NCBI GenBank assembly: GCA_000708835.1
Contig: DF237304.1
Location: forward strand, 31,005 to 95,004
Origin: Klebsormidium nitens
Lineage: Eukaryota; Plantae; Klebsormidiophyceae
Direction: 5' to 3'
DNA length: 64,000 bases
Shown here piece after piece: positions 25,885 to 38,790 of this stretch (the first letter of the stretch is position 1; the number at the start of each line of letters is the position of its first letter). Position numbers and translations under genes: made by a program. The notes beneath the pieces are model-generated. The model was not told the origin of the DNA. It saw only the letters and a list, made by a program, of their open reading frames with translations, and did no database searches.

Positions 25885-26643
25885 CACAAGCTACCTATGG
25901 TGGGTCCCGGCCGAGTCGACTTCGACTCAAACCGCGACGAAAATGTGGGACCCGGTATCAAATTTCGTCAGTAGTACCGGCGGTTCACGTTACGACGACT
26001 CGGACTTCCGTAACATGTACCCAACGAGTACTTTCAAAATCTTGCTCGGCCGTAACCGAGTGTCATAATGGTGTAACAGAGTGTTTTGATTTACACTTTG
26101 ACAGAAGCATAAAAATGCCACACTATGAGGAGGCTTATGCAGCTTATAGAAACCTTTGACAAGCAAAAAAAAATGTTGAAAGGGCGTCATTAGAGGTCCT
26201 TTGAAGCTCCAACATCATGTTTTGTTCAGGACAAATCTCAAGAAACAGCATAGGAGGCGCAAAGTGGGCCGCCATTGTTGATTTTTGCAGAGCGCCTTTC
26301 CTTACACTGCTCTATCAAATTCCTGCACTCTCCTTTCAGTCTGGGTACCGCGGTACTCCTGCGTGGTTCAAGTCGGAAGTTCCGACCAAGACCATAAATT
26401 TCATAATCGATGTACGCGCAGACTCGAGCGGTACCGTACCTCCGCATAGTACGCACTTGACCGTTGATCGACGTGTCAGAAAAAGTTCAATTCATGAACT
26501 CAGACCTGATTCTCAAGTACTGCCGAGTACGGTCGTCAGTGCCGCGTACACAATTCGTCGCGACACGTAACACCGGTGTAAGAAATTTGAGACCGGACCG
26601 TCGCGCGGTCGATACCGTCGAGACCCACCATAGGTAGCTTGTG
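25885..26643. mobile_element. 759-bp non-autonomous DNA transposon (MITE-like) with TA target duplication
   Basis: Perfect 22-bp TIR cacaagctacctatggtgggtc ... gacccaccataggtagcttgtg, flanked by ta on both sides. Subterminal ccggt(a/c)tcaaatttc motif at both ends. No coding capacity. Confidence 0.88.
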
Positions 26644-27039
26644 TAATCTGATGGTGTGGGCCCGAATTGAATTTATTCTAGCCACTCACGTTGTGTTCTC
26701 GATCCGGCCATGCAATCAAGTTCCAATTGAATGTGCCATTGGAGCGCGCTTTAAGCCAAGCGCCAACTTGGTTTGCAGTGACCATCTGAAGGGCTAACCA
26801 TTCAATTAGATCATCATTCGTCTGGCAACTCCTCGTGAAGTGTTTGGCACGGACACCGCACTTAGAAGTAGGCGGTGAAGTCTCAATCTTCATTTAGATC
26901 TATGCAGCCTAGCTCCCCGGACTTGGTGCGGAATATACGAGTCAGCCCGTGAATACATACTAGCTAAGCATGCCAGTGATACAATCTGGACAACAACGCT
27001 GAGTTCAAGTTGATTACGTTTCCATCATTGTCAATAGCT

Positions 27040-30000
27040 TCACTCCTTCGTGATGATGGCGTCCCTTCCAGGCCCGACCCCTATCCACTTCACCTCGACT
27101 CCTACAATCTCTTCTATTCTCAGTACGTATGCTTGCGCATTCTTTGGTAGTTGTGACCACTTCCTCATCCCCGAAATGTCCTCCTCCCAACCTGGCAGTA
27201 CCTCGTAGTCGACCTGCAGCGAGGGGGAGACCATATTGTGAGACAAATCAGAAGAAGCTCCCTGGGCAGCCTGCACCAGTTGACGGCCTGATCTTTTCCA
27301 GCCCTCGATTTCCGACTTGAGCCAGGAATAAGCTCACGATGCTGAACAACCAAATGAGACACTAGCAAGTATGCGGGGGCTGCTGCCATACGAGTGGAGT
27401 CAAGCCGCCAGAATGCATAAGAAACCTTCGCAACAAATGTACGCACAATCCGGCCTCGGCAAACCTTCGCTCACGGTAGTTGACCCAAATCGATGAGCCC
27501 GGAAAGGGACCCACTGGCTGCAACGACTGTTGACATTTACAGGCGCAGTGAACGACGTACTTGCTTCTCCTGGTTGCATCCGGACGACCATTTGACGTTT
27601 CATTTCCAAAAGCCCAATTGCCTCTTGCTTAAAGTGGGCGTAGGCCATGCATGGACACCCCTAGGCCATCTACGGTGGTAAGGCCCCAGATTGTTCGAAC
27701 TTGCAATCTGGTCCGTTAAAAAAAGACTCAGATGCACGGAGTGTGCATTTCCGGACCTTTGAAATCGGACGCCCACTTTAACCAGATAAACACAGTTCCC
27801 ATGTATCAGACGCCCCACGGCAGACAAATGGTTCAACCTCAAATGCAAAGAACAAGGACTTGTTCGTTCTTTGTAAAATGCCACCCACTTTGCATGACTC
27901 ATGTTGCCTCAATCCATTAAGATTGGCCACAATTGTCTTTCCTCCTCTGTCTTAACGATATCCGTACCTCGGCTGCAACCTCACCTTGATCTGTTCCCGA
28001 CGCCGGGAACGCTGCCATCAGCTCCCCCGTTCAAACTGGCCGGTTAATAAACCATCAACCCATTCAATCCTTTCAAACGTGCTTTGAACCGGGCCCAATC
28101 TCACCTTCCAAAAACTCCTCTTATAGGGTCTTAATATTCTTGGGTCTTAGGGTTCAAGGGCTTATGTCGTCGGGTTGATATTCACCTTGATCTGTTCCAA
28201 CCAACTTCTATTTCAAAGGGTTTAGGGTTTCAATATTGTAGGGGCTTAGGGTTTATGCGGGATTGATCCTCACCTTGATCTGTTCCAGCAGCTCCAGATC
28301 CGCCGGAAACGCCGGAACCACCTCTCCATCTGGCGCCCGATAGCCCACCCCGAGCTTGATCTCTGAGAAACCCGACAGCACATCTAGCTTGGTCAGGTTA
28401 ATGTGCGTGAACCCGTTAATGTCGCACGCGAACCGGAGGGCGACCATGTCCAGCCAGCCGCACCGCCGCGGTCGCCCCGTCGTGGTCCCAAACTCGAACC
28501 CGTTCGCCCGGAGCCGGTCCCCGGTCTCGTCGTGCAGCTCGGTCGGGTACGGACCGGCACCGACCCGCGTCGTGTACGCTTTTGCCTGGAGTGTGAAATT
28601 GGGTTAGGATCAGATTCGTGGATCTTAGTTTGGCTCGAGTCAGTTTCAATCATTCGACATCAGAGCTGCTATGTTGCAGGCAAGCATAAGAGACGGCTTG
28701 AGAACGAGAGGACTCCAGGAATCGAGTTGTCTACCATGCATCCGCAGCTTCTTGTGAGAGGCGTTACAAAAAGCTGCGGAGATGAAAGTGGGAGCGGTCT
28801 CCTGCTCCATACTTTCAGAAATCGCGCATAAAACGTTCCTTGAGAATCGTCCTCAAGAATGGAACCCTGTTTGCTCTTCTGCCTGCCAGTGTGCTCAACC
28901 AAAGCGACTGTTTCACAGCAACGAACGGGCTTCCTGAGGACATGCGCAAAGGCCCTCCGACCATTTTCACTTTTCTCCCCAAATGTTCACAAAGGGATCG
29001 TTCCACAACTTCTATGGGGGCATCCTCACCACACCAATGACAGCCCCCAGCTTCTGCGGCGCGAGGCCGAGCCCGACGATAACGCCCCCGATCGACGGGT
29101 TGGATGACGTCACGAACGGGTACGTCCCAAAGTCGACGTCCAGCAGCGTGGCCTGGCCGCCCTCGATCAGGATCTTCTTCTTCTCCGCATGCGCCTTGTT
29201 CACGTAGTATACCTATGGGGATTAGAGGGGGCCGTATAAGGGGCTTCCAGCCGAATGTTTATTGTGTATACAGGATTCCCGATGCTAGAAGGGAAGGAAG
29301 GAGATGCCTTCAAATGCCTCATACTCTAGATGCCGAGTCCCTGCCTACTTGCGGCTTGAAAACCGAAAACCGGAAAAGTCTGGTGAAGGTGGTATGTTTA
29401 AGAAGACTTGAAGGAGTATGGAAGACGGCAGTACGTGATTGACTTTGGGCCTGTCAGAGGCTTGTTTTCAGTTTCAAACCTCTTCCGCGACCCCTTATTG
29501 ACAAGTGCAAGAGGCCTAAACCGACCCTACGAGGGGTTCCCCGTTGTGAGTTGCAGCCAGGTCGCACATCCCAGACATTCTGTGCATTGCACGGAATCTG
29601 ACAGGTTTGATAAGAGGCCGCACCGTCAAACTGGCCTAGAACAACCTTCCGACAAAAGGATCCCCGGCTTGAAGCCGCATGTAGCTCGCACATTCTTAGT
29701 GTTTGGTGCCCTACATGATCAAGTGCGAATCTGGTTGCACAAGCACCTCACGAAGGGTTCGCACAAAGGGAAGACCCCAACATAGAAGTAGAGCGGCCTG
29801 CTCTACAAACTCAGCTATCTAAGTCTCCTACAAAAACGGACCATATCATCGACAAAGAAAGAACCTGACGCTCGCTGATGTGATATGTATTAACGACCCA
29901 CGGCTGGGCAGTGAAACATTACGGGCGCCCGCGCCGATCTATCAACATCATCATGGAGCTTCCAATCCGCGCACGCAGAATCTACCACGCGCGACAACGC

Positions 30001-33000
30001 ATGTAATCGTGCCACTTTGAAGAGCGGGTTGAAACGTTCTTCTCTCAACAACTTGGTGCAGTCCCTAAAAAATCGAGTCGAGTCGCCGGTCAAATCGGGC
30101 CTGCAAAGCCCCTCTTAGACCACAACATGCGACCGTCGACCACAGATTTGGTCGCATCACTACAACAGCGGCTCGAGAGGCCTCCTCAATAACTTGTTGC
30201 CATCCATTGCCATCCATTCGAGCTTCATTGAAACCGCCAAAGCGACAATCAAAAGAAAAGACCCACGGCCGGAAGTAGCCCATAAAACTAGCCTGATCTT
30301 TCTCATCCAAAAAAGGTGCACAGCCGACACCGAGAGGGCCTGCGACTGGCCGCTGCCTCACCGTGTCTGTGATGTATGGTTCCAACCGCTTCCCCAGCTC
30401 GACATACCGTGCAGCCTCCGCCGAAAGAATCTCCTCCGTATAGTTCAACCCAGGAAAGCGCGCCTTTGCGTCCTCGTACATAACCTGCCAGCGGTATGCG
30501 TAACCACGTCAGCACAAACAAATTGATACCTTTGTAACTGACGGTTAGCTTGATGTGAGCTAAAAATCGAAGAAAAAGACTCGGTAAAACCGAAAAGCCC
30601 TCTACAGGGAAAGGTGTACAACCGGCACGATGTCGAATCGTAGATACAACGGCATGCCAAAGGATATTTTGAACGCTGCAGTGCTTCACCTTGAATGGAA
30701 TCGGAACTTACAAACCTAGTCATGATAACAAACGGCTGTTGAGCCGAGCGACCTGCCAGAAATTCGGTCCCCCACTCATGTCTTCCAATGCTTGCTAACA
30801 TCGTTATGTAGCGTTTTCCTTTCCGTCTGGTCGGTTGCAGATCATCGTTTAACAAAGTAGCAAGACGGGCTTGGATAGGGAATCTGTACACCCCACAAAG
30901 GTTAGTCCTTCTCACGTCCCATCCAGCTGTTCCCCTTCGCTTCTTGTTCCTCTTCGTCATCCCTTCTTCTTGTCCGTCTTCTCCGGTGTTTGCAACCTCA
31001 TCTCTCATACATCCCGTGCACTCACCCTGAGCTTCTCTTTGAACGTCTCGGGCCGCCGCAGCTCCCCGACGCGAATCCCATTGCGCACGACTTTGCTCGC
31101 GTACGCGGGCCCGATGCCGCGCTTGGTCGTCCCAATCTTGCCGCCTGCCAACTCCTCCTCGCGCAGCCCGTCAATCTCGCGGTGCAGGTCGAACAGCAGG
31201 TGCGCCCTGCGAGAACGAAAAGCTGACGTCATCCTGGGAAGCTGATGTTATATATTTGTATCGAAGTAGCAATAGCAGAGGTGAAGAAAATCTCAAATAC
31301 GTTTCTGCTGAGTTGAGGTGTTCACTTGCTGACTGCCCAAGAAACTTCCACCTCGCGCGGTGCAGGTCGAAGAGCAGGTGCGCCCTGCATGGATGGAAAG
31401 CTGACTTTATCATTTGGTGATGCTGATGTCATCTCTACTTTTGACATAGTAGCAGGGGTAGCGGAACCTGCCGCACTGCCCCAAACTCGTCCACCTCGCG
31501 GTGCAGGTCGAAGAGCAGGTGCGCCCTACGGGACGAAAAGCTGACGTCATCGTTCGAAGCTGACATCAGCTGCTTGTTGAGTAGGAATGGAAGTGACGAA
31601 ATCTTGCCAACTTCTGACGACTTTTTGGGAGTTTACCTGTGGATCGCCCCGAGAAGCGTTTACCTCGCTGTGCAGGTCGAACAGCAGCAGGTGCGGCCCG
31701 CAGAAAAGAAATGCTGACGTCATGCCCCGTGAGGCTAGAATAGGAGAGACGACGGCCGCGTTTTTGTAGTGCTTACACACTTCCACTGCAATCTGTTGAA
31801 AGCCCCGAAAGCCCTGCGACGGCCAGAACAACATGGGCAAGCCTCTGGAGTGGACTAGGGCTGGCGCCAAGTACACTTACTTGAACTCCAATCCGGCATT
31901 AGGGACCTACAATGACATCTGATCTTCAAATCAAAACTCGAAAAAGATCTGGTCAAAACCGACCAAGACAAACGGCAGCGATCTGTCGCATAAAGACTGA
32001 GGTGCTGAAAATGGAATCCCAGATTCACCTGTCAGAGACCAGGACCCGCCCCTCGGTGTTGACGCCCTGCGACTGCAGCTTGTCCAGCTCGTCGAAGAAG
32101 CTCGGAAGGTGCACCACGACGCCGTTTCCAACCAGGCACGTGGCCTTCGGATTGAGCACCCCGGACGGCACGCCGTGCAGTGCAAACTTCTGGCCCTTCT
32201 CGTTGTAGATCGTGTGGCCCGCGTTGGCTCCACCCTGGAAGGAGCGAATGTTTCATCTCAATTGACATACCCAAAGCTGGTGGTAAGACAAGGTTGGAGA
32301 CAATGCGTCAGGCCCTTATTGCTGTGATTCGTGTGGCCTGCGTTGGAAAAAAAAAAAGATTTCGGTTTGAAAGCAGACACTTTGAAAAGAAGGAAGCACG
32401 TCGTTGTCAACTGGTTGAAGTAGCAGGGCAAGACAAATCTCGTCACTTTTGAGAACAATGTGGATTTTCAAGTCGGTGGATGCTTTGTCAAGTACAAAAG
32501 AGAAATTTGATCTCCCTCAACAATAGGTCTGGCAGTTGGTACAACGAAAGACTAACCCAACCGCCACGATTCAAAAAATTCAGACCGAGTTTCCCACGGG
32601 ACAAGGGCCCTATGGACAAACGAAGGATGCAATCAATATACATAAAGGTTAGAACGTCACAGAAGCACTAAGGTTAGTCCAGGACCCAATGATGCTCTCT
32701 AGAACTAGGTCCTTTTATGCAGAAACATATGCATTGGCTCAAAGTTCCCCTGCAATTGCATACCATTGGACAACATGCAATTGACTTTCATGGCTTGAAA
32801 GCGGGTAGGTGCCCCATAATCGGAATCGTGTAATTACATGCGAACTTGACTAACTCCTTCATGCCGGAAATCTTCTTTCCAAAGTCCGCTCTTGGCCCTC
32901 TTTCAAGGCAAACCACTGAAGTTGGAGTCATGCAGCAAGTACTACTCAGTCATTACAATCACAATCGAGCAGGAAAAAGCTAGTCAACGCAAGCCGTTGA

Positions 33001-33701
33001 GTCTGTGACATTGATTATAAACCTGTGGCAACATACACTCCAGTATATAGAGTCAGTGACCGAAGTCAAGTGCAGAGGAAGCCCAGGCCCACGCCTCCTG
33101 CAAAATCATCAAAGGTGCGGCCACATCAGGGACGGCTCACCTCAACTGACGCGCCTGCCTGCAAGATATTTCACCTGGCACCTGGCAACTTGCCAATTAA
33201 GGCCGCTTACTTCTTCTTAAATGGCGAAGACTCAGCACCTCTTCTGATCAGTGGCTGGTCATAATGAAAACATAGAGTTCAATTAAAAGATGACGCTACC
33301 TGGCATCTCGCGACGACGTCATATCTCTGCGCCAATATGTCCACGAGCTTGCCCTTGCCCTCATCCCCCCACTGCGTCCCCAGGACTGCCGCCACCTGCG
33401 TCAGCTTCCCAAACTCATCCGCCGCCTTCTCAATCTCCGCCTGGGGCGCTGAGACAGTCTGCGCTCGCACCCCCCCAGCCGCAACGAACTTTCTCTTCTT
33501 CTCCACTGGGGAGAACGCCTGCTGGTGGCTGAGAATGGATACTGACGCAAGTTGCGAATGGAATCGGGTCTGGTGAGAGGCGGACAGAGGGAAGGGGCTG
33601 AAAGAAGCAGGGGGAGTAGTGGTAGCGTGATCTAAAGCCGCAGTGTGACCAGGCAACCACGCCCCCGCCGTCCCTGCAACACAATGCATGGCGGCCGCCA
33701 T
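27040..33701 (-). CDS. purA: Adenylosuccinate synthetase, plastid-targeted
   Basis: complement(join(27040..27213,28274..28585,29030..29212,30362..30484,31026..31206,32029..32234,33300..33701)). Motifs [84 protein letters not shown]-terminal transit peptide. Confidence 0.98.
31340..31720 (-). repeat. Three degenerate copies of the purA exon-3 acceptor junction inside intron 2
   Basis: Plus-strand gcggtgcaggtcgaa(c/g)agcaggtgcgccct...aaagctgac recurs near 31360-31405, 31495-31548 and 31665-31720, versus the real junction at 31180-31230. Confidence 0.9.
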
Positions 33702-34261
33702 GGTCCTTGCTTCACCCAGCCGTTACCAGCATTCCTGCAATCCCAGGGCCAGGGATCCCAGCTCTCTGCAATGTGCATGCAGAACACTCCTGGAGGCTGA
33801 AGAAAGACTCCTCGGCCATCCATTTCGACAGCTGGTTGTGCAGGTCCTCTGAGTCTTGGGTGTAAAATACTCGGGGCTAATCGAGAATGTTTTGGCGATC
33901 CAGGAGTCGGGGGTCAATGACGAAACCGATATCTGACCCCTGGAAACAGCAAGTACGTGGTCGTTTTGAAAGAAACGGGATCTTCACACTAAACGGAATT
34001 GTGATATTTAGTGCGCGGAGTCGCAAAGTTTGGTCTGCATTGCCTCGAGTTTGCAGACTGCTCCCTGGGCCTCAACTTGCCTCATGACCAGTTCGCCTCA
34101 ACTGCGCTGTGCAATTGTCTGCAGAGCTCTGCTTCAGGCATTCATGATTCAGCAATCTTCTTTTCAAGGATTTTCTTGTCTGAAGTAGGAGTAAGAAGTT
34201 CCTAGTCGTTTGGGATTCATCCAAAATCATTCAATTTGAAACTAGACAGCGCTGAACAAAA
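33702..34261. promoter_or_regulatory. Short divergent intergenic region, likely bidirectional promoter for purA and the cyclophilin
   Basis: Two start codons point away from each other 560 nt apart. No specific motif assigned. Confidence 0.4.
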
Positions 34262-37200
34262 ATGGCGACCACGAGTCAAGATTGGCACACGCGCCCCACG
34301 AATCCAAAGAACCCTGTGGTAAGTATGACTGCACAGTATGAGGAGCTTTGAAAATCATCTCCATGTGAAGGTTAGCTGGCCAGCATTCAGGCTGGCTTCC
34401 TCACAGAAAGAAGGAATCGCCTGTTTTTGTGTCCATTTTGAGTCCCAGTAATCTGACAGTCTGGTCGGAATTGTCTGCAAAGAATTGATTGAGGCAGCTG
34501 CTTGGAGTGGTGGACTTTCCAGAAGGACGTCTTTGTTCACCACCTTACCATCAACGAGTTCCTTTTCGTTTTGGAGCTCCCCTTCGCCCAGTGCACTGGG
34601 AAAGATTTTGAAAAAGGTTTGGTGGTGGCGGCGTGTCAGCAGGATGTTAGAATGTGATTCTCATTGTGGTATGTTCACCATCAGCACTTTAAAATAGTGT
34701 TCAGAGAGAATTTGCGCTGATCTATTCCAGCTAGAATCCTGATTGATTTGTTGTAGAAAGTGCTGATATTGAAGATACCGCGAAGAATGTTACAATCTCA
34801 CATTCTGTAAACACGCCGCCACCACCAAAGCATGTGCAAAATCTTTCACAATGCTGGGGCGAAGGGGAGCTTCAAAATGGGAAGGAACTCGTTGATGCTA
34901 AGGTGGTGGACAAAGACGTCGTTCTGGAAAGTCTTTCCCCATGGCAGTCATCCTGGTCCTTCCACAAATTGGTTTTGGTTTCGTAAGCCCCAGCCGTGGT
35001 GTTCTGAGAGTAGAATGTGCTGATGTTTTCGGCTGGATTCGTGACTAATCTGTTGCTGGGGCTCACGAAAGAATTGGTGAATGTAACAGAACGCGCCACC
35101 CTGAGCTGTGCTTGAGATGGGAGGACAGTGGACATTTGGTTGAATGTCTGCTAACGTGAGGCAGCTGAATATTTGTGGAATTGACCAGGATAACCCCCAT
35201 GGAGAACGTTAAGGGCAATTTGGCTCGTACGCAGTCATACCAAAGACCGGAAGGGTGCATTCAGGTAGTATTTCGGGCAGTCAGCACAGCACCTCAATCA
35301 AGTGGCACTCTACCTTGGCCCCCGATGGCTGTCCAGAAGGTGAAGAGGCTGAGTGAGGTTCAGCCGTTGCCTGTTTTCAACAGGTGTTCTTCGACGTGAC
35401 CATTGGTGGACAAGATGCAGGGCGCATCAAAATGGAGCTGTTTGCGGACATCGTTCCAAAAACTGCAGAAAATTTCAGGTTAGCAGCACCTTCCTTCTGA
35501 GCTTCTTGACCCCTGGTAAGTTTCTGCTTGATGCTGGTAGAGAAGAGGTGCATCCCCGTAGTACTGGTAGACAAACAGGTTGGAGGCCCCAGGTTCTTTT
35601 TGGGGGTGTATCTCTGTTTTCCGGTCTTTGTCCAGGGTCGAACATGTCAATTGAACACAGTTGTTAGAGCAGCTCGGATTGCCTCACCGTGGGGGGGAGA
35701 AAACCTGGGGGTATGCTGGTTGGCAGATTGAAGGAGTAAGTTGAGGTGATGGCCTTTGCTTTGCTGCTAGGGTCTTTTTGCTTTGCCGGATGAAAGGTGG
35801 AGCTTTCACTCTGAAGCTGCTGATTAAGGGCGCAAAGAATGTCATCAATGCTCTGGAGCGGATTATTATGGCGTCCACCGGATTGAAGCTCCCCATCACG
35901 CGGTCAGGGCTCGACATCAATCATTTCCTATTTTCTTGACTCTCCGCTCCCAGTGGTCTCGAGCACCTGCATATCCACCATTATTGATAGCTCACATGAA
36001 GCTCTCGCGGCACCTGCCACGACTCCATTTGTCTCTGGTATCAGGAACGTTCTCACTGTTCCTTGTCGTTGTTTGGCAGGCAATTTTGCACAGGGGAGTA
36101 TCGGTAAGTTTTTCCCTTAGTCTCTCATAGCACAGCAGTACTGCTGTCAGGATATTCCGTAGTGCGGTGAATCAAACCAGAACAAGAAGTCATGTGCCTT
36201 GACTCGTATGAAAGAGACAAAAGCTCCTTCCCTGTGAGCGAACGACTCACAAAGGCTGCGTCGTCTCTTCGAAAGCCTACCTAGTACATGGTTCAGACTT
36301 CTTTTCATCTGTCTACTTATTCCTGCTTGAGTCGGTTTGAGTACAGCCTCTGCCCGTCGCATATCTTTTGCAGAGGAGCTGCCTCTGCACACAGACGTAG
36401 TGACAACTGTCGAGTTCTGCGTAGCTCCGTAAGTCCTACAAAGGGCCTCTGATGCCGATAGGTTTGAGAAGTAGGTGGTTGGAAAGGTACTGAAAGGGTT
36501 TGAGAAAATATTCGAACTTCAGCTACGAAATGAACAAGTCCCGTGCAGGAAAAGTGGGATTCCTGTAGGCTACAAGGGTTGCGCCTTCCATCGGGTAATT
36601 AAGGACTTCATGATACAAGGGGGCGACTTTGTGAAGGTGAGCGTTTCCCTGCTACTCAAGAAGGGAACAAAAAGCAGATTTCGATTGAATGTCTGGAAGT
36701 GGCGCCCTGGAAGAGCTTGTGGAATCGTCAAGTCTTACCTAAAATGGATGAGAAAGTCAGGGCTCAGGCGGTTTCATACAATCAACTGTTGAAGACCGCA
36801 AAAACGGGCGTTTCCTTCTGCAAACCACCGAGCCTGTGTCGCTCTGACTGTTCCGTATGTCTTTCATTCCTTTGCAACTTTTCACTAGGCACTGGTTTTG
36901 CTGTTTGTCTCCTTACACCTGTCGATCGGATCAGCCCGCACCCTGACCTGCCCACGAGAAACAAATAACTTCGCGAGGGCTCCGTCAGCTCGAAGATCTC
37001 CTTTCCCCTTGGAAGAAGTGCATAACGTCAGGAGGGGCTTCAAGTTCCTGTGACCGGTACTGGGCCTCTGTTTTCTTCACGTCAGAATGACGTCAGCAAC
37101 TGTTGAATGCGGACTCCCCCGTCACGTGCAGGGAGACGGCAGCGGGTGCGTCTGCATATACGGAACCAAGTTCGACGACGAAAACTTCGTGGCCTCGCAC

Positions 37201-38244
37201 ACAGGACCCGGCTTGCTGTCGATGGTGAGCAGCGTCGTCCTCGCCTCGTGCTTAAGACAGCCAACAGAAATTCATGAGCAAATCGGAGGTTGCCCTTGCC
37301 GTATGTTGATGCCGTCGATTGATTGTTTGTGCCGCTGACGTCCTGCAGAACGAGGGCAGTTCCCCGTTTTAGCAACGGAGACCTGCTTCAAGGAATTCGT
37401 TTTGGTCCCCTGGTCCCCTGCGACGCGCATCAGGGCGGTTCGGTGTTGACTGGATGCAGGCCGGCATGGCTAAGCCGATCGCTGCAAGAGAGTTTTTTGA
37501 AATCTCGCTCCGTTCTTGTTGCAGGCCAACAGTGGACCCAACACAAATGGATGCCAGGTAGGTATTTCTGGGTCTTTCCAAACACTTCACGTTTCGTGCA
37601 AGTTTCCTGCTAGATGCGGTTGTTGTCACCCTTCCAGTGCTTGGGAACCTGTGCTTGACAAGCTGCAGGCAAGGCCCTACTTCATTGGTTGTCAAAGACT
37701 ATCTTGAGCTTCGGGAAGATGCGCGTTTTGGCCCAACTATTACAAGGGTTAACTGAATGATCACAAGCTGACTCGAGTCTGTCTATCTTCTGACTTACCT
37801 CGTCGTCCGACTCCTTCCAGTTCTTTATCACGTGTGCAAAATCCGACTGGCTGGACAACAAGCACGTCGTCTTTGGGGTAAGCATTTCAGCTCTGTACTC
37901 GCGTTTGTGCTGTAGTGGCGAAGTTTGCAATCACCCAAAAATGCTTATGCAATCTTTCTAGTTGTCTTCTTCGACAGACCATTCTCCTATAGGTTTGGAA
38001 TTTAAGGGTCTCGCATTTATCATTGTGAACACCGGAAATGTAGATGTGGTGAATCCATGTTGACTCCGGCGGGGGTCAATGTAAGTTGGCTTGTGAGGGC
38101 GAAAGTCTTGATCATACATGTCTTGTCTCGCAGAGGGTGTTGGGGGATGGCTTGCTGGTTGTACGAAAAATAGAGAACGTTCAGTCTGGTGCGCAAAACA
38201 GACCCAAACTAGCATGCGTTATATCAGAGTGTGGTGAAATGTAG
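34262..38244 (+). CDS. PPIH: Peptidyl-prolyl cis-trans isomerase, cyclophilin H / CYP22 type (spliceosomal)
   Basis: join(34262..34318,35384..35478,36080..36103,36549..36636,37132..37224,37525..37557,37821..37877,38134..38244) gives [88 protein letters not shown]...[51 protein letters not shown]...CVISECGEM. Confidence 0.95.
34513..34933. repeat. Long imperfect inverted repeat (arms about 178 nt, spacer about 66 nt) in cyclophilin intron 1
   Basis: 34513-34690 (gactttccagaaggacgtctttgttcaccaccttaccatcaacgagttcc...catcagcacttt) is the approximate reverse complement of 34757-34933. Confidence 0.9.
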
Positions 38245-38790
38245 GACGATGTGGGAGGATGATACTAGCTTGATGCATACATGTTGCTTTCATTTTTCAT
38301 GATTATAAAAAGAAATGTCCCTAAAAGCTTGAATCAGGTAAAGCACATGCTCGCTCTTTGCTCAATATCAGGCATTGAGTATCATTCAGTTCGCGAAGGT
38401 CTTATACTACAGAACCTTGTGAGGGTTTGATCCGATCTGACGTACCTATGCAGGCCAGAAGTTTTGATGGATTTCGAGTCTTGTTCGTCACAAGTAAAAC
38501 TTGTTGAATCTGTTCGCAGCTAGGTAGCTCTGATTTGCGCTGGCATGTTTCCAGCATCCAGCGATTGCTCATGAGAAGCTGGCACTCCGATACGTACTGC
38601 GGCGGCACAAATCGTGGTACCTACATATATACGATTACCGAGTTGCACGCCGTGTTCAATTGTAGAACTCTGGCACCGTTGATCTGCATAGGTTCGATGC
38701 AGGGATCATCCTTCGTCCTTCTGAGCAGCCATCTTAATATACAAGATTATCTAGTCGGACAGGCTTCAGCATTCCATGACGCCGTGTCTT

